A stretch of DNA of 64,000 nt from contig JAJYJJ010000005.1 of the NCBI GenBank assembly GCA_021789595.1, positions 44,495 to 108,494 on the forward strand, in the 5' to 3' direction. Below the pieces are notes generated by a model. The model ran no database searches and had not been told where the DNA came from. It worked only from the letters and a program-made list of their open reading frames with translations. Shown here in pieces: positions 20,788 through 29,656 of the stretch. Within the stretch, counting starts at the first letter, position 1. Each line of letters opens with the position of its first letter. A program made the translations under genes and the position numbers. The stretch is from Nitrospirota bacterium. Its GTDB lineage: Bacteria; Nitrospirota; Thermodesulfovibrionia; UBA6902; JAJYJJ01.

Positions 20788-21330
20788 ATGCAAGAGGGAT
20801 ACAGTCGCCAGAAACTCATCGAGGAAAGGATTAATAAAACAAAAGATGCGGCGGTGATGAGCCTCAAACTTATAAGGCAGATGGTCATGGACTTTCTTAT
20901 TAATCAAAAGGGCTATCACGCTGAGGACATCGAGTCTGACAGGGAATTTGAGATTATTATGGATGACAGAAAGACATCAACCTCTGCGGATTACATTATC
21001 AGACTCAACGCTAAGAGACTTATAGTTATAAAGTGTTCTCCAGGCGCGCTGGAGTCAAGGGACAGGCATCTGATATCCTTTGCAAGGGTTGTTGATTCAC
21101 ATCAGATCCCCTTTGCAGTGGTAACTGACGGCTCACATGCAAGGCTCCTCGATGCCGTATCAGGCAAGCTCATATCTGAGGGACTGGATTCTATACCCAA
21201 TAGGTCAGAGGCATTAAAGGCTTTAAATTCTATAGAGTTCATACCATATCCTGCAGAGCGGATGGAAAGAGAAAAAAGGATCCTCCTGGCCTTTGATACA
21301 ATTAAGTGCACTGAAGAGGCTTGCGAATGA
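20788..21330 (+). CDS. stand-alone HsdR N-terminal-like (PD-D/ExK nuclease-fold) protein
   Basis: LINQKGY--EDI...ADYII...IKC...FAVVTDG; no helicase domain and no hsdM/hsdS nearby. Confidence 0.65.
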   Translation: MQEGYSRQKLIEERINKTKDAAVMSLKLIRQMVMDFLINQKGYHAEDIESDREFEIIMDDRKTSTSADYIIRLNAKRLIVIKCSPGALESRDRHLISFARVVDSHQIPFAVVTDGSHARLLDAVSGKLISEGLDSIPNRSEALKALNSIEFIPYPAERMEREKRILLAFDTIKCTEEACE

Positions 21331-21384
21331 TCTATTTCCATATGAACAAGATTGAAAGGGAGTAATCATGAGAAGGGTTAAGCC

Positions 21385-22806
21385 ATGAGAAGGGTCAAGA
21401 TTGTATGCACAATAGGGCCATCTACAGCATCGAAAAAATCTATACACGCACTCATCAGGGCAGGGATGAATGTTGCCCGCCTTAATTTTTCCCATGGAAC
21501 CCATGAAAGCTATAGACAGGTAATCGAATATATAAGGGATATCTCGAGACAATTGCAGTCACCTGTTGCAATACTTCAGGACCTGCAGGGCATAAAGATA
21601 AGGGTTGGACGGTTAAAAAGCAGGGCGATCACTCTAAAAAAGGGCAGTGACCTTTTGATTACACCTGAGGACATTACAGGGGACAGCAGCAGGGTATCGG
21701 TCTCATACCCGCATCTTTTAAAGGATGCACGAAGGGGAGACAGGATACTCATGGATGACGGCCTTATACAGCTTAGCGTACTGGGTAAAGGCAGAGATGG
21801 GCTTCGCACAAGAGTTATTGAGGGCGGAATCCTGAAGGAGAGAAAGGGTGTAAACCTGCCTGGGGTGAATATCTCTGCCGCCACATTCACAGATAAAGAT
21901 AGGACCGACCTATTATTCGGCATAAAGATGGGTGTTGATTATATTGCCCTTTCTTTTGTAAGAACAGGGCGTGACATCGAAAGGGTAAAGGATTGGCTTA
22001 AAGAAAGGGCTGTAAAGATACCGATTATAGCTAAGATAGAAAAGCCAGATGCAGTCAGGAATATAGATGCGATACTCGAGGTTGCAGACGGCCTTATGGT
22101 GGCAAGAGGTGACCTCGGGGTTGAGGTCCCTGCTGAGGAGGTGCCGTTATTGCAAAAGGACCTCATAGAGAGGGCGAACAGATGTATGAAGCCTGTTATA
22201 ACAGCAACGCAGATGCTTGAATCCATGACAGAGCACCTTAGACCGACAAGGGCAGAGGTTACAGATGTGGCCAATGCTGTGCTTGACGGCACAGATGCCC
22301 TTATGCTTTCTGCTGAAACCGCCTCAGGGAAATACCCGACAGAGGCTGTCAGGATGATGGACAGGATTATTAGATATACAGAAGAAAGGGGGCTAAAGGC
22401 TGCTGCCCATTCCATGAAGGGGAGTTTCCCGGGTGCAGTTGCAGAGGGTGCGTGCACTGCTGCTATTGATATTGGAGCAAAGGCCATTGTCGTCTTCACA
22501 AGGTCGGGATTTACTGCACTGCTTGCCTCCAAATTCAGGCCGCCTGTGCCGATAATTGCCCTTACCACAAAAGAAGATGTTAGAACAAGGATGACTCTGT
22601 TCTGGGGTGTTATACCGAGGCTCATGAGGCCTGTTAAAAATACAGACCAGATGATCCTCGAGGTTGAAAGAAATCTGCTTATGGATAACCTTGCAAAGAA
22701 AGGCGATAAGGTAGTAATAATGGCCAGCTCACCGCTTTCAACAAGGGAAAAGACAAACTTTATGAAGCTCCATGTTATTGGCGAGGATAGAGGCTCAGGT
22801 CTCTGA
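21385..22806 (+). CDS. pyk: pyruvate kinase
   Basis: KIVCTIGP, RLNFSHG, IAKIEK, MVARGDLGVE, ATQMLESM, PTRAEVTDVANA. Confidence 0.97.
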   Translation: MRRVKIVCTIGPSTASKKSIHALIRAGMNVARLNFSHGTHESYRQVIEYIRDISRQLQSPVAILQDLQGIKIRVGRLKSRAITLKKGSDLLITPEDITGDSSRVSVSYPHLLKDARRGDRILMDDGLIQLSVLGKGRDGLRTRVIEGGILKERKGVNLPGVNISAATFTDKDRTDLLFGIKMGVDYIALSFVRTGRDIERVKDWLKERAVKIPIIAKIEKPDAVRNIDAILEVADGLMVARGDLGVEVPAEEVPLLQKDLIERANRCMKPVITATQMLESMTEHLRPTRAEVTDVANAVLDGTDALMLSAETASGKYPTEAVRMMDRIIRYTEERGLKAAAHSMKGSFPGAVAEGACTAAIDIGAKAIVVFTRSGFTALLASKFRPPVPIIALTTKEDVRTRMTLFWGVIPRLMRPVKNTDQMILEVERNLLMDNLAKKGDKVVIMASSPLSTREKTNFMKLHVIGEDRGSGL

Positions 22807-24144
22807 ATGCCCTGTGTTGGATGATCTATAGAGGGGCAATACAATGCTGAAGGTTGTCCCCTGCCCCATACTGCTTTCGACATCTATGGTGCCGCCGTGT
22901 GATACAATGATCTTCTGAACAAGGGCAAGGCCAAGGCCTGTGCCCTTTTCCTTTGTAGTAAAGAATGGAAGGAATATCTTTGACCTGATATCCTCGGGGA
23001 TGCCATGGCCTGTATCAGAGATTGTCAGCTCCAGGGATTCGTCCCTTAGTTTTGTATGGATCCTAAGCTCTCCACCCTCTGGCATGGCATCTATGGCATT
23101 CTGAAAGATATTTGTGAATGCCTGCCTTAAAAGGACTTCATCGCCCTTTATCTCTGGCAGGTTATCTGGAACCGGGAAATCTATCCTGATATTCTCCTGT
23201 ATGATCTTACATGCATCATTGATAATTCCCCTTAAATCAACAGCAGAGGGCAGAGGCTGGGTTGGTCGTGCAAATGACAGGAATTCAGAGATAATCCTAT
23301 CCATCCCCTCTATCTCTGTGAGTATGGAATCAACAAGCGGCCGTTGGGATAGATCTGCTTTCTTGGAAAGCAACTTTATATAGCCTGAGATGACTGCCAT
23401 GGGATTTCTTAACTCATGGGCAATGCCTGCTGACATCTCCCCAAGCTCTGTGAGCCTTTCTTTTAGCTCTACCTGCGCCTGCAGGGCCTTCATCTCTGTC
23501 AGGTCTGTAAATACAAGGATAATACCTATAACCTCTTCGTTTTTGTCCTTTAGAGGTGATGTGGTAAGCCCTATCCATATCCTTCTGCCGTCCCTTGTTG
23601 TAAAGGGATATTCGCCCCGTTCAACCGTCTTTTTCTGAGCTATAATCGATGCAAGGGGTTCTCCAAATATCACATGAAAACCCTTGCCGATAGCATCTTC
23701 AGCCCTTATACCAATAATCTCCTCCGCTGCCCTGTTTATGCTTACTATGCAGAGGGAGTTGTCTATACTCACAACACCGCTTGGAACACTCTGAAGGATA
23801 TTCTCATTATAGCTCTCAATGCTGCTTGCCCTGTCCTCTGCCAATGCCCTCATCTGTTCAAGCTCCCTTTCCTTTTCCTTGAGTTTGTTCACAAGGCCGT
23901 GAAAGGTATCAACTACAAAGCCTGTCTCCCCTGACTCAGGAGGCCTCTTTGACAGGCTAAGGAGCCGTTTCACATAGGCAAGTAGCACAAGGACAAGGAG
24001 CAGCCCAATACCTGTATACAGTAAAAGGTTTGTCCCTAATGGGCCTATGCTCTTGATATCATGGTATATCTGTATGTTTAGGGCAACAATGATGCCGATG
24101 AGGACTATAAGAAGAAATGCATGGGAGTATCTATATCCTGCCAT
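22795..24144 (-). CDS. PAS-domain sensor histidine kinase (PilS-like, no adjacent response regulator)
   Basis: Two TMs, PAS, AHELRNPM, NAIDAM, DTGHGI, FFTTKEKGTGLGL. Confidence 0.9.
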   Translation of the reverse strand: MAGYRYSHAFLLIVLIGIIVALNIQIYHDIKSIGPLGTNLLLYTGIGLLLVLVLLAYVKRLLSLSKRPPESGETGFVVDTFHGLVNKLKEKERELEQMRALAEDRASSIESYNENILQSVPSGVVSIDNSLCIVSINRAAEEIIGIRAEDAIGKGFHVIFGEPLASIIAQKKTVERGEYPFTTRDGRRIWIGLTTSPLKDKNEEVIGIILVFTDLTEMKALQAQVELKERLTELGEMSAGIAHELRNPMAVISGYIKLLSKKADLSQRPLVDSILTEIEGMDRIISEFLSFARPTQPLPSAVDLRGIINDACKIIQENIRIDFPVPDNLPEIKGDEVLLRQAFTNIFQNAIDAMPEGGELRIHTKLRDESLELTISDTGHGIPEDIRSKIFLPFFTTKEKGTGLGLALVQKIIVSHGGTIDVESSMGQGTTFSIVLPLYRSSNTGHSET

Positions 24145-24907
24145 GGAGATAAAACCTCAGTAATTCCTGCCCCAGGAAAAGACTTACCACTGCGCCAATA
24201 GCAAGGAAGGGACCAAATGGTATCTTTGCCTTTCTTCCCTTGCCCTTGAATATCATCAAGGAGACACCGATAACAGCCCCTGTAAGGCTGCCAATAAAGG
24301 TTGTAAGCAACACACCTTTCCAGCCGAGGAATGCGCCAACCATGCCCATCATCTTTATATCCCCTCCACCCATACCGCCTCTGCTTAACACTGCGATGAG
24401 GAGGAAAAGACCGGCTCCAAGGATGAGGCCAATCGCAGATGCCTTCATGCCAAGGAGAAGAGGCCTTGAAAACGGGTCTATAAGGATTGTTGAGCCGAGG
24501 ATAAAGCCAACTAAAATGCCCAGAAAGGTAATCCTGTCAGGGATTATCTGGTGGTCTATGTCTATAAAGGCTATAACGATCATTGATGAGACAAAGGCAA
24601 AATAGGCAATATCTATCCAGTCAAATCCAAATCTATATGCCACCAGGACATAAAGCAGGCCGTTTAAGAACTCTACGGCAGGGTATCTTAACGGTATCTT
24701 CCATTTACAGTTTCTGCATCTTCCCCTCAGGATTAAGAAGCTGATAATCGGGATATTGTCATAAAAGGCAATCGGCCTCTCACATGATGGGCAGTGAGAA
24801 GGAGGTGAGATTATGGATAGCCCCCGCGGCATCCTGTATATGCAAACATTCAGGAATGAACCTATGACTGCACCGAGAATAAATGTCACAGCATATGCAT
24901 ATGTCAT
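24131..24907 (-). CDS. pilD: prepilin peptidase / N-methyltransferase
   Basis: GSFLNVCIYR, SHCPSC, GRCRNC, GMGGGDIK, IPFGPFL. Confidence 0.95.
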   Translation of the reverse strand: MTYAYAVTFILGAVIGSFLNVCIYRMPRGLSIISPPSHCPSCERPIAFYDNIPIISFLILRGRCRNCKWKIPLRYPAVEFLNGLLYVLVAYRFGFDWIDIAYFAFVSSMIVIAFIDIDHQIIPDRITFLGILVGFILGSTILIDPFSRPLLLGMKASAIGLILGAGLFLLIAVLSRGGMGGGDIKMMGMVGAFLGWKGVLLTTFIGSLTGAVIGVSLMIFKGKGRKAKIPFGPFLAIGAVVSLFLGQELLRFYLHGRI

Positions 24908-24918
24908 CTTTAGCTCTC

Positions 24919-25236
24919 TTATAACTCTGGCTTGCTCATCTCAGCGGCCTTTTCCCTTAAAGCCTTGACCTCGTTGTCCAGCGTGTCTATCTCTGATAGT
25001 GCTCTGGTTATTATCTCATCCTTGAGCATCAGCCGCTCTCCAGATGCGTGCATCTCGTGAAGCCTCTTGCCAATGGACTTGTGCAGCTCCTCTATCTTCC
25101 TTTCAAGTTTGCTGGTTTCATAAAGTAATTTTGCAATAGAGGTCTCTGCCTTTGTCCTTTCCGCAACAAGGCTCGCTGCCCACTTAATGGTCTTGACACC
25201 CTCTGAAAAGTTTCTTCTTACCCTTTCCCACACCAT
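24919..25236 (-). CDS. small coiled-coil hypothetical protein
   Basis: ATG 25236 after GGGGAGG; helical and charged; sits between recG and pilD in the operon. Confidence 0.65.
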   Translation of the reverse strand: MVWERVRRNFSEGVKTIKWAASLVAERTKAETSIAKLLYETSKLERKIEELHKSIGKRLHEMHASGERLMLKDEIITRALSEIDTLDNEVKALREKAAEMSKPEL

Positions 25237-25247
25237 ATGCCCTCCCC

Positions 25248-27326
25248 TCAACTTACCCTTATCAAATCTATCCTGCCCTGCCACTTATGTTTAATGGCAT
25301 CCCTTAAAGATGGATAGGCCTTCAGTCCTGGGTCCTTATCTGTAATGGCAAACGCCTCACGCCTCGCTGCCTCAAGTATCCGTATATCCCTTATGAGATT
25401 GGCTGCCCTAAGGTCCGGAATGCCTGCCTGCCTTGTCCCGAAGAAATCTCCAGGCCCCCTTATAATGAGGTCCTCCTCTGCAATCCTGAATCCATCGGAT
25501 GTCTCCTCCATGACCTTGAGCCTCTTCTTTGCCTCATCGCCCATCGGCGGATATGCAACCAGCAGACAGTAGGACTGATGCCCTCCCCTTCCAACCCTCC
25601 CTCTTAACTGATGCAACTGTGCAAGGCCAAACCTCTCTGCATGAACAATCACCATTACAGTGGCATTGGGCACATCAACGCCAACCTCTATTACGGTTGT
25701 GGCGACAAGGATGTCTATCTTGCCCGCCTTGAATGAGGCCATTATCTCTTCCCTTTCACCCGGCTTCATCCTGCCATGGATAAGGCCGACATTTCTTCTC
25801 TGGAATATCTGCTGAAATGCCTTTGCACCTTCTATGGCAGATTTCAGATCAACCTTTTCTGACCCTTCAATTATAGGATAAACCACATATGCCTGTCTGC
25901 CCTTTTCAAGTTCCTGCCTCATAAGGCTGTATATCCTCTCCTTCTGGCTTGAGAAAAGGACCTTTGTCTCTACCCCATGCCTCATGGGCGGGAGCTCGTC
26001 AATCGTGGATACATCAAGGTCGCCATAGAGGGTAAGTGCGAGGGTCCTCGGAATAGGGGTTGCTGTCATGACAAGGACATCAGGGTTAAAGCCCTTTTTC
26101 CTCAGGCTTGCCCTCTGGATCACACCGAAGCGGTGCTGCTCATCTATGATGACGAGACCGAGTTTTTTAAAGGAGATCCCTTCCTGGATAAGGGCATGTG
26201 TTCCTATAACAATCTGTGTACTTCCCTCTGCAATATCCTGTATGGGTCTTTCCTTGAGGCTGCCTGTAAGCAGTGCCGCCTTCAGGCCAAGTGCTTCTAT
26301 CATATGATGGATGTTAAGGTAATGCTGTTCTGCAAGTATCTCTGTGGGAGCCATGAGGGCTGCCTGATAGCCGCTGTCAACTGCAAGGAGCATGCTCATA
26401 AGTGCAACTATGGTCTTACCGCATCCGACATCCCCGTGCATGAGTCTGTTCATTACCGTTGGGCCTGCCATGTCCCTTCTTATCTCGTCAAAGACCCTTT
26501 CCTGGGCCTTTGTCGGTTTGAATGGCAGCCTCTCCAGGAGTGCCCTTACAAGCGGACTTTCCGCCTTGAAGGTTATCCCCCTTTCAATGTCCTCCCCCCT
26601 CTTTATCATGGACAGGCCAAGCTCAAGTATAAAGAATTCATCAAAGATAAGACGCCTGTGCGCCGTGCTCACTCCCCTGTTGAGCTCTTCGATGGATGCA
26701 TCCTCTGGAAAATGTACATTCTTTATCGCCTCTCCGAGGGGCATAAGGGAATTCCTCAGGCGTATCTCCTCAGGAAGAAAATCCTTTATCTCATCGATAT
26801 GCCCTACAACCACCTCCATCATGATGGTCCTCAATTGTTTTGGGGACAGCCCTTCAGTGCCTCTATATATGGGGACGATCCTTCCTGTGTGGATGAGCCT
26901 GTCCTGTTCGTCCTTGATTATCTCAAATTCAGGGCTTTCCATCTCTATCCCAATGCCGTAATAGGCATTGCTCTTTACATGGCCGCTAAGTATAACCCTC
27001 TGGCCATGTTTGAAATACTGCTTCATAAAGGGCTGATTAAACCATTTTGCCTTAAGCACCCCTGTGCTGTCCATCAGGGTAAGCTCAAATATCTTTATCC
27101 CCTTCCTCGGCGTGGTGGTCACCTCTATTCCGACAACCTCGCCCATTGTTGTTTCAAGGCTGCCGTAGTTCAGTTCCCTGATCTTTTTAATATTCCTTCT
27201 GTCCTCATACCTTGAGGGTAAATAGTAGAGGGCATCCTCGATGGTCTTTATATCGAGGCGCTGCAGCAGTTTGGAGCGTCCTGGTCCGACCCCCTTCACA
27301 TACTGGATGGGATGGTCACTTACCAT
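25248..27326 (-). CDS. recG: ATP-dependent DNA helicase RecG
   Basis: Wedge domain, GDVGCGKT, DEQHRFG, TATPIPRT, QLHQLRGRVGRG. Confidence 0.97.
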   Translation of the reverse strand: MVSDHPIQYVKGVGPGRSKLLQRLDIKTIEDALYYLPSRYEDRRNIKKIRELNYGSLETTMGEVVGIEVTTTPRKGIKIFELTLMDSTGVLKAKWFNQPFMKQYFKHGQRVILSGHVKSNAYYGIGIEMESPEFEIIKDEQDRLIHTGRIVPIYRGTEGLSPKQLRTIMMEVVVGHIDEIKDFLPEEIRLRNSLMPLGEAIKNVHFPEDASIEELNRGVSTAHRRLIFDEFFILELGLSMIKRGEDIERGITFKAESPLVRALLERLPFKPTKAQERVFDEIRRDMAGPTVMNRLMHGDVGCGKTIVALMSMLLAVDSGYQAALMAPTEILAEQHYLNIHHMIEALGLKAALLTGSLKERPIQDIAEGSTQIVIGTHALIQEGISFKKLGLVIIDEQHRFGVIQRASLRKKGFNPDVLVMTATPIPRTLALTLYGDLDVSTIDELPPMRHGVETKVLFSSQKERIYSLMRQELEKGRQAYVVYPIIEGSEKVDLKSAIEGAKAFQQIFQRRNVGLIHGRMKPGEREEIMASFKAGKIDILVATTVIEVGVDVPNATVMVIVHAERFGLAQLHQLRGRVGRGGHQSYCLLVAYPPMGDEAKKRLKVMEETSDGFRIAEEDLIIRGPGDFFGTRQAGIPDLRAANLIRDIRILEAARREAFAITDKDPGLKAYPSLRDAIKHKWQGRIDLIRVS

Positions 27327-27329
27327 CTA

Positions 27330-28436
27330 TTACGGTTGGCCTTTTTGTCCTTGTTTTATTATGGTCTCTTGCAGATGCCTTTCTGTATCTTCATGCTTTA
27401 TCTTTTCATACTCTGATTCGCTTATTATGTCTATGTCCCAGCCTGTCAGCTTCATGGCAAGTCTGACATTCTGCCCCTTCTTTCCAATGGCTAAGGACAA
27501 CTGCTGTTCATTCACAACAACAACAGCCGATTTTTCTTCCTCGTTTACACCTATCTTCTCAACAGAGGCAGGACTCAATGCCTTGGCTATAAGCATCCTT
27601 GGGTCCTCTGTCCAGGGTATTATATCTATCCGCTCTCCCTTGAGCTCCCTGACTATGGTCTGCACCCTCGTGCCCTTCATCCCGACACACGCACCAACAG
27701 GGTCTACCATCGGGTCCTTTGACATGACCGTCAGCTTTGTCCTCTCCCCTGCCTCTCTGACAATGCCTTTTATTGCGACAATCCCCTCGTATATCTCAGG
27801 GACCTCCATCCTGAAAAGTTCTGCTACAAAGTTTGGATGCGTCCTTGAAAGGATGATGACAGGCCCGCGCAGTGTTGCCTTTACCTCTTCTATATACGCC
27901 CTTATCGTATCACCCCTTCTCAGGGATTCATTCGGCAATGTCTGTCTCTGCGGCAATACAGCCTCCGTTTTACCGAGATTCACAAAATAATTGCCCTTTT
28001 CCTTCTGCATAACCACACCGCTTACAATCTGTCCTGCCTTGTCCTTATATTCGCTGTATATGACATCCCTTTCCGCCTCTTTCACCTTCTGCAGTATGAC
28101 CTGTTTTGCGGTCTGAGCAGCAATCCGTCCGAAATCATGCATGTCGGTATAGGTCTCTATCTCCTCGTCAATACCCTTTGTATTATCAATCTTCTTTGCC
28201 TCCTCAAGCGATATCTCATTTTTAGGGTCAACAACCTTCTGGACAATCCTCTTGTTGACAATTAGATTCACCTTCCCTGTTGTTGGGTCTATCCTTATAT
28301 TTATATTCGGCCTGTTTCCATACCTCTTCTTTGCAGCAGACAAAAGGGCAGACTCCAGGGTCTCAAGGAGCAGCGCCTTTGGAATACCCCTCTCCTTACT
28401 CATGTGTTCTATAAGTTGTATAAGTTCATGGCCCAT
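27330..28436 (-). CDS. nusA: transcription factor NusA
   Basis: FGRIAAQTAKQVI, S1/KH domains, DPVGACVG, AIGKKGQNVRLA. Confidence 0.97.
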   Translation of the reverse strand: MGHELIQLIEHMSKERGIPKALLLETLESALLSAAKKRYGNRPNINIRIDPTTGKVNLIVNKRIVQKVVDPKNEISLEEAKKIDNTKGIDEEIETYTDMHDFGRIAAQTAKQVILQKVKEAERDVIYSEYKDKAGQIVSGVVMQKEKGNYFVNLGKTEAVLPQRQTLPNESLRRGDTIRAYIEEVKATLRGPVIILSRTHPNFVAELFRMEVPEIYEGIVAIKGIVREAGERTKLTVMSKDPMVDPVGACVGMKGTRVQTIVRELKGERIDIIPWTEDPRMLIAKALSPASVEKIGVNEEEKSAVVVVNEQQLSLAIGKKGQNVRLAMKLTGWDIDIISESEYEKIKHEDTERHLQETIIKQGQKGQP

Positions 28437-28903
28437 CAGAATTCAACCTCTAACCTTGCCCTTAATATATCTTCACAAGGGACTGTCACCGTCTTGTCCT
28501 TTGGCAGGCTTAGTATCAGGCTGCCATCAGATACAGATACAAGCCTCCCAACAAAAAAGCTCTGATTCTCTATAGGTGTCTTTGTTATTACTCTAACCAT
28601 CCTGCCTACAAATCGTTTGTATTCTTCTAAGTTTCTCAACGGCCTATCAAGCCCCGGAGATGATACCTCAAGGGTATACGAGGACGGTATTGGATCCTCT
28701 ACATCTAAAACAGCCCCTACCTCACGACTTACCATCTCACAGTCACCTATGTTTACTCCGCCCTCTTTATCTATAAATATCCTCAGCAGCATACCCCTTC
28801 CCCTGCCTGCAATCTCAATATCAACAAGCTGCAAGCCGAGGGACTGCAAAAGCGGCATAATCAAGCCGTTAATCCTATCTTTCAGTATCTCTAAATCCTT
28901 CAT
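28436..28903 (-). CDS. rimP: ribosome maturation factor RimP
   Basis: LRIFIDK-GGV, DC--VSR, YTLEVSSPGLDRPL. Confidence 0.96.
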   Translation of the reverse strand: MKDLEILKDRINGLIMPLLQSLGLQLVDIEIAGRGRGMLLRIFIDKEGGVNIGDCEMVSREVGAVLDVEDPIPSSYTLEVSSPGLDRPLRNLEEYKRFVGRMVRVITKTPIENQSFFVGRLVSVSDGSLILSLPKDKTVTVPCEDILRARLEVEF

Positions 28904-28914
28904 TACACAAAAAC

Positions 28915-28940
28915 AAAAGAGTGGGTTAACCCACTCTTTT
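28915..28940 (-). promoter_or_regulatory. rimP-leader-like hairpin/attenuator
   Basis: Perfect 26-bp palindrome AAAAGAGTGGG-TTAA-CCCACTCTTTT followed by a U-rich tract, between TATAAT (28948-53) and the rimP start. Confidence 0.7.
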
Positions 28941-28983
28941 ATAAGGAATTATAATATAAAAATACACAAAAAACAATAGCGTA

Positions 28984-29003
28984 GGGCGGGGTTCCCCCCG
29001 CCC
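28984..29003 (-). terminator. intrinsic terminator after the small lipoprotein gene
   Basis: GGGCGGGG-loop-CCCCGCCC stem; a U-rich tract follows within about 10 nt on the minus strand. Confidence 0.6.
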
Positions 29004-29012
29004 AAAGATATC

Positions 29013-29177
29013 TTACTTGCCCGGTGCTGGTGCAGGTGATGCTTCTGGTGCTGGTGCCGGTGCTGGTGCCGGTGCTGGAGCAGGTGCTGGTGCCTCTTCT
29101 TTCTTCTTGCAGCCCATTGTAAGAGTAAAAGCCACAACTAATATTAAAGAAAGGATCAGGGTTAAAACTCTCTTCAT
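29013..29177 (-). CDS. 54-aa Pro-Ala-repeat lipoprotein (absent from the ORF track)
   Basis: MKRVLTLILSLILVVAFTLTMG-CKKKEEAPAPAPAPAPAPAPAPEASPAPAPGK*; perfect SD AAGGAGGTGA; TTGACA-N17-TATTAA upstream; terminator downstream. Confidence 0.85.
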   Translation of the reverse strand: MKRVLTLILSLILVVAFTLTMGCKKKEEAPAPAPAPAPAPAPAPEASPAPAPGK

Positions 29178-29335
29178 TCTCAAATCACCTCCTTCCGCTT
29201 TTTAGATAAAACTAAGTTTGCAGTAAGTTATCACATTTAATAACATATAAGGCAAGTATTGTCAAGGGTTTTTTTATGTTTTTTCGTTTTTCCGATAGAC
29301 GATGCCAATAACGAGGGCCCCCATGTATATGCGGT

Positions 29336-29656
29336 TCAGCGTGAGGTTTCCTCATTCAGCCATGAGAGATATGGCCTGAAGCCTTTTACAACATGGATGG
29401 CTATAATCTCCGGGACAGTATAGCTGTGCATGTTCTTTACCTTTTCTGAAAGGGCATCAAAGAGTTCCTCCCTTGTCTTTACAATAAGGAGGGCCTCCTT
29501 TTCATCGCATATCCTCCCCTCCCAGCGATAGATAGAGCGTATCCCTGTGACAATATTCACACAGGCGGCAAGTCTCTCCTCAACAATGCTATTTGCAATC
29601 CTGGCCGCCTCTTCCTCGCTGCCTGCTGTGATCAAGACGACTATGGCGTCCATCAT
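29336..29656 (-). CDS. cutA: divalent-cation tolerance protein CutA
   Basis: RLAACVN, SIYRWEG, HSYTVPEII. Confidence 0.95.
   Translation of the reverse strand: MMDAIVVLITAGSEEEAARIANSIVEERLAACVNIVTGIRSIYRWEGRICDEKEALLIVKTREELFDALSEKVKNMHSYTVPEIIAIHVVKGFRPYLSWLNEETSR

Noticed and set aside
21939-22883. 314-aa minus-strand ORF
   Set aside because: Antisense shadow of pyk.
25977-27215. 412-aa plus-strand ORF
   Set aside because: Antisense shadow wholly inside recG, with no recognisable motifs.
28949-29205. Track ORFs with (GA)n and QHRH repeats
   Set aside because: Antisense and alternate frames of the real Ala-Pro lipoprotein at 29013-29177, which has the SD and signal peptide.
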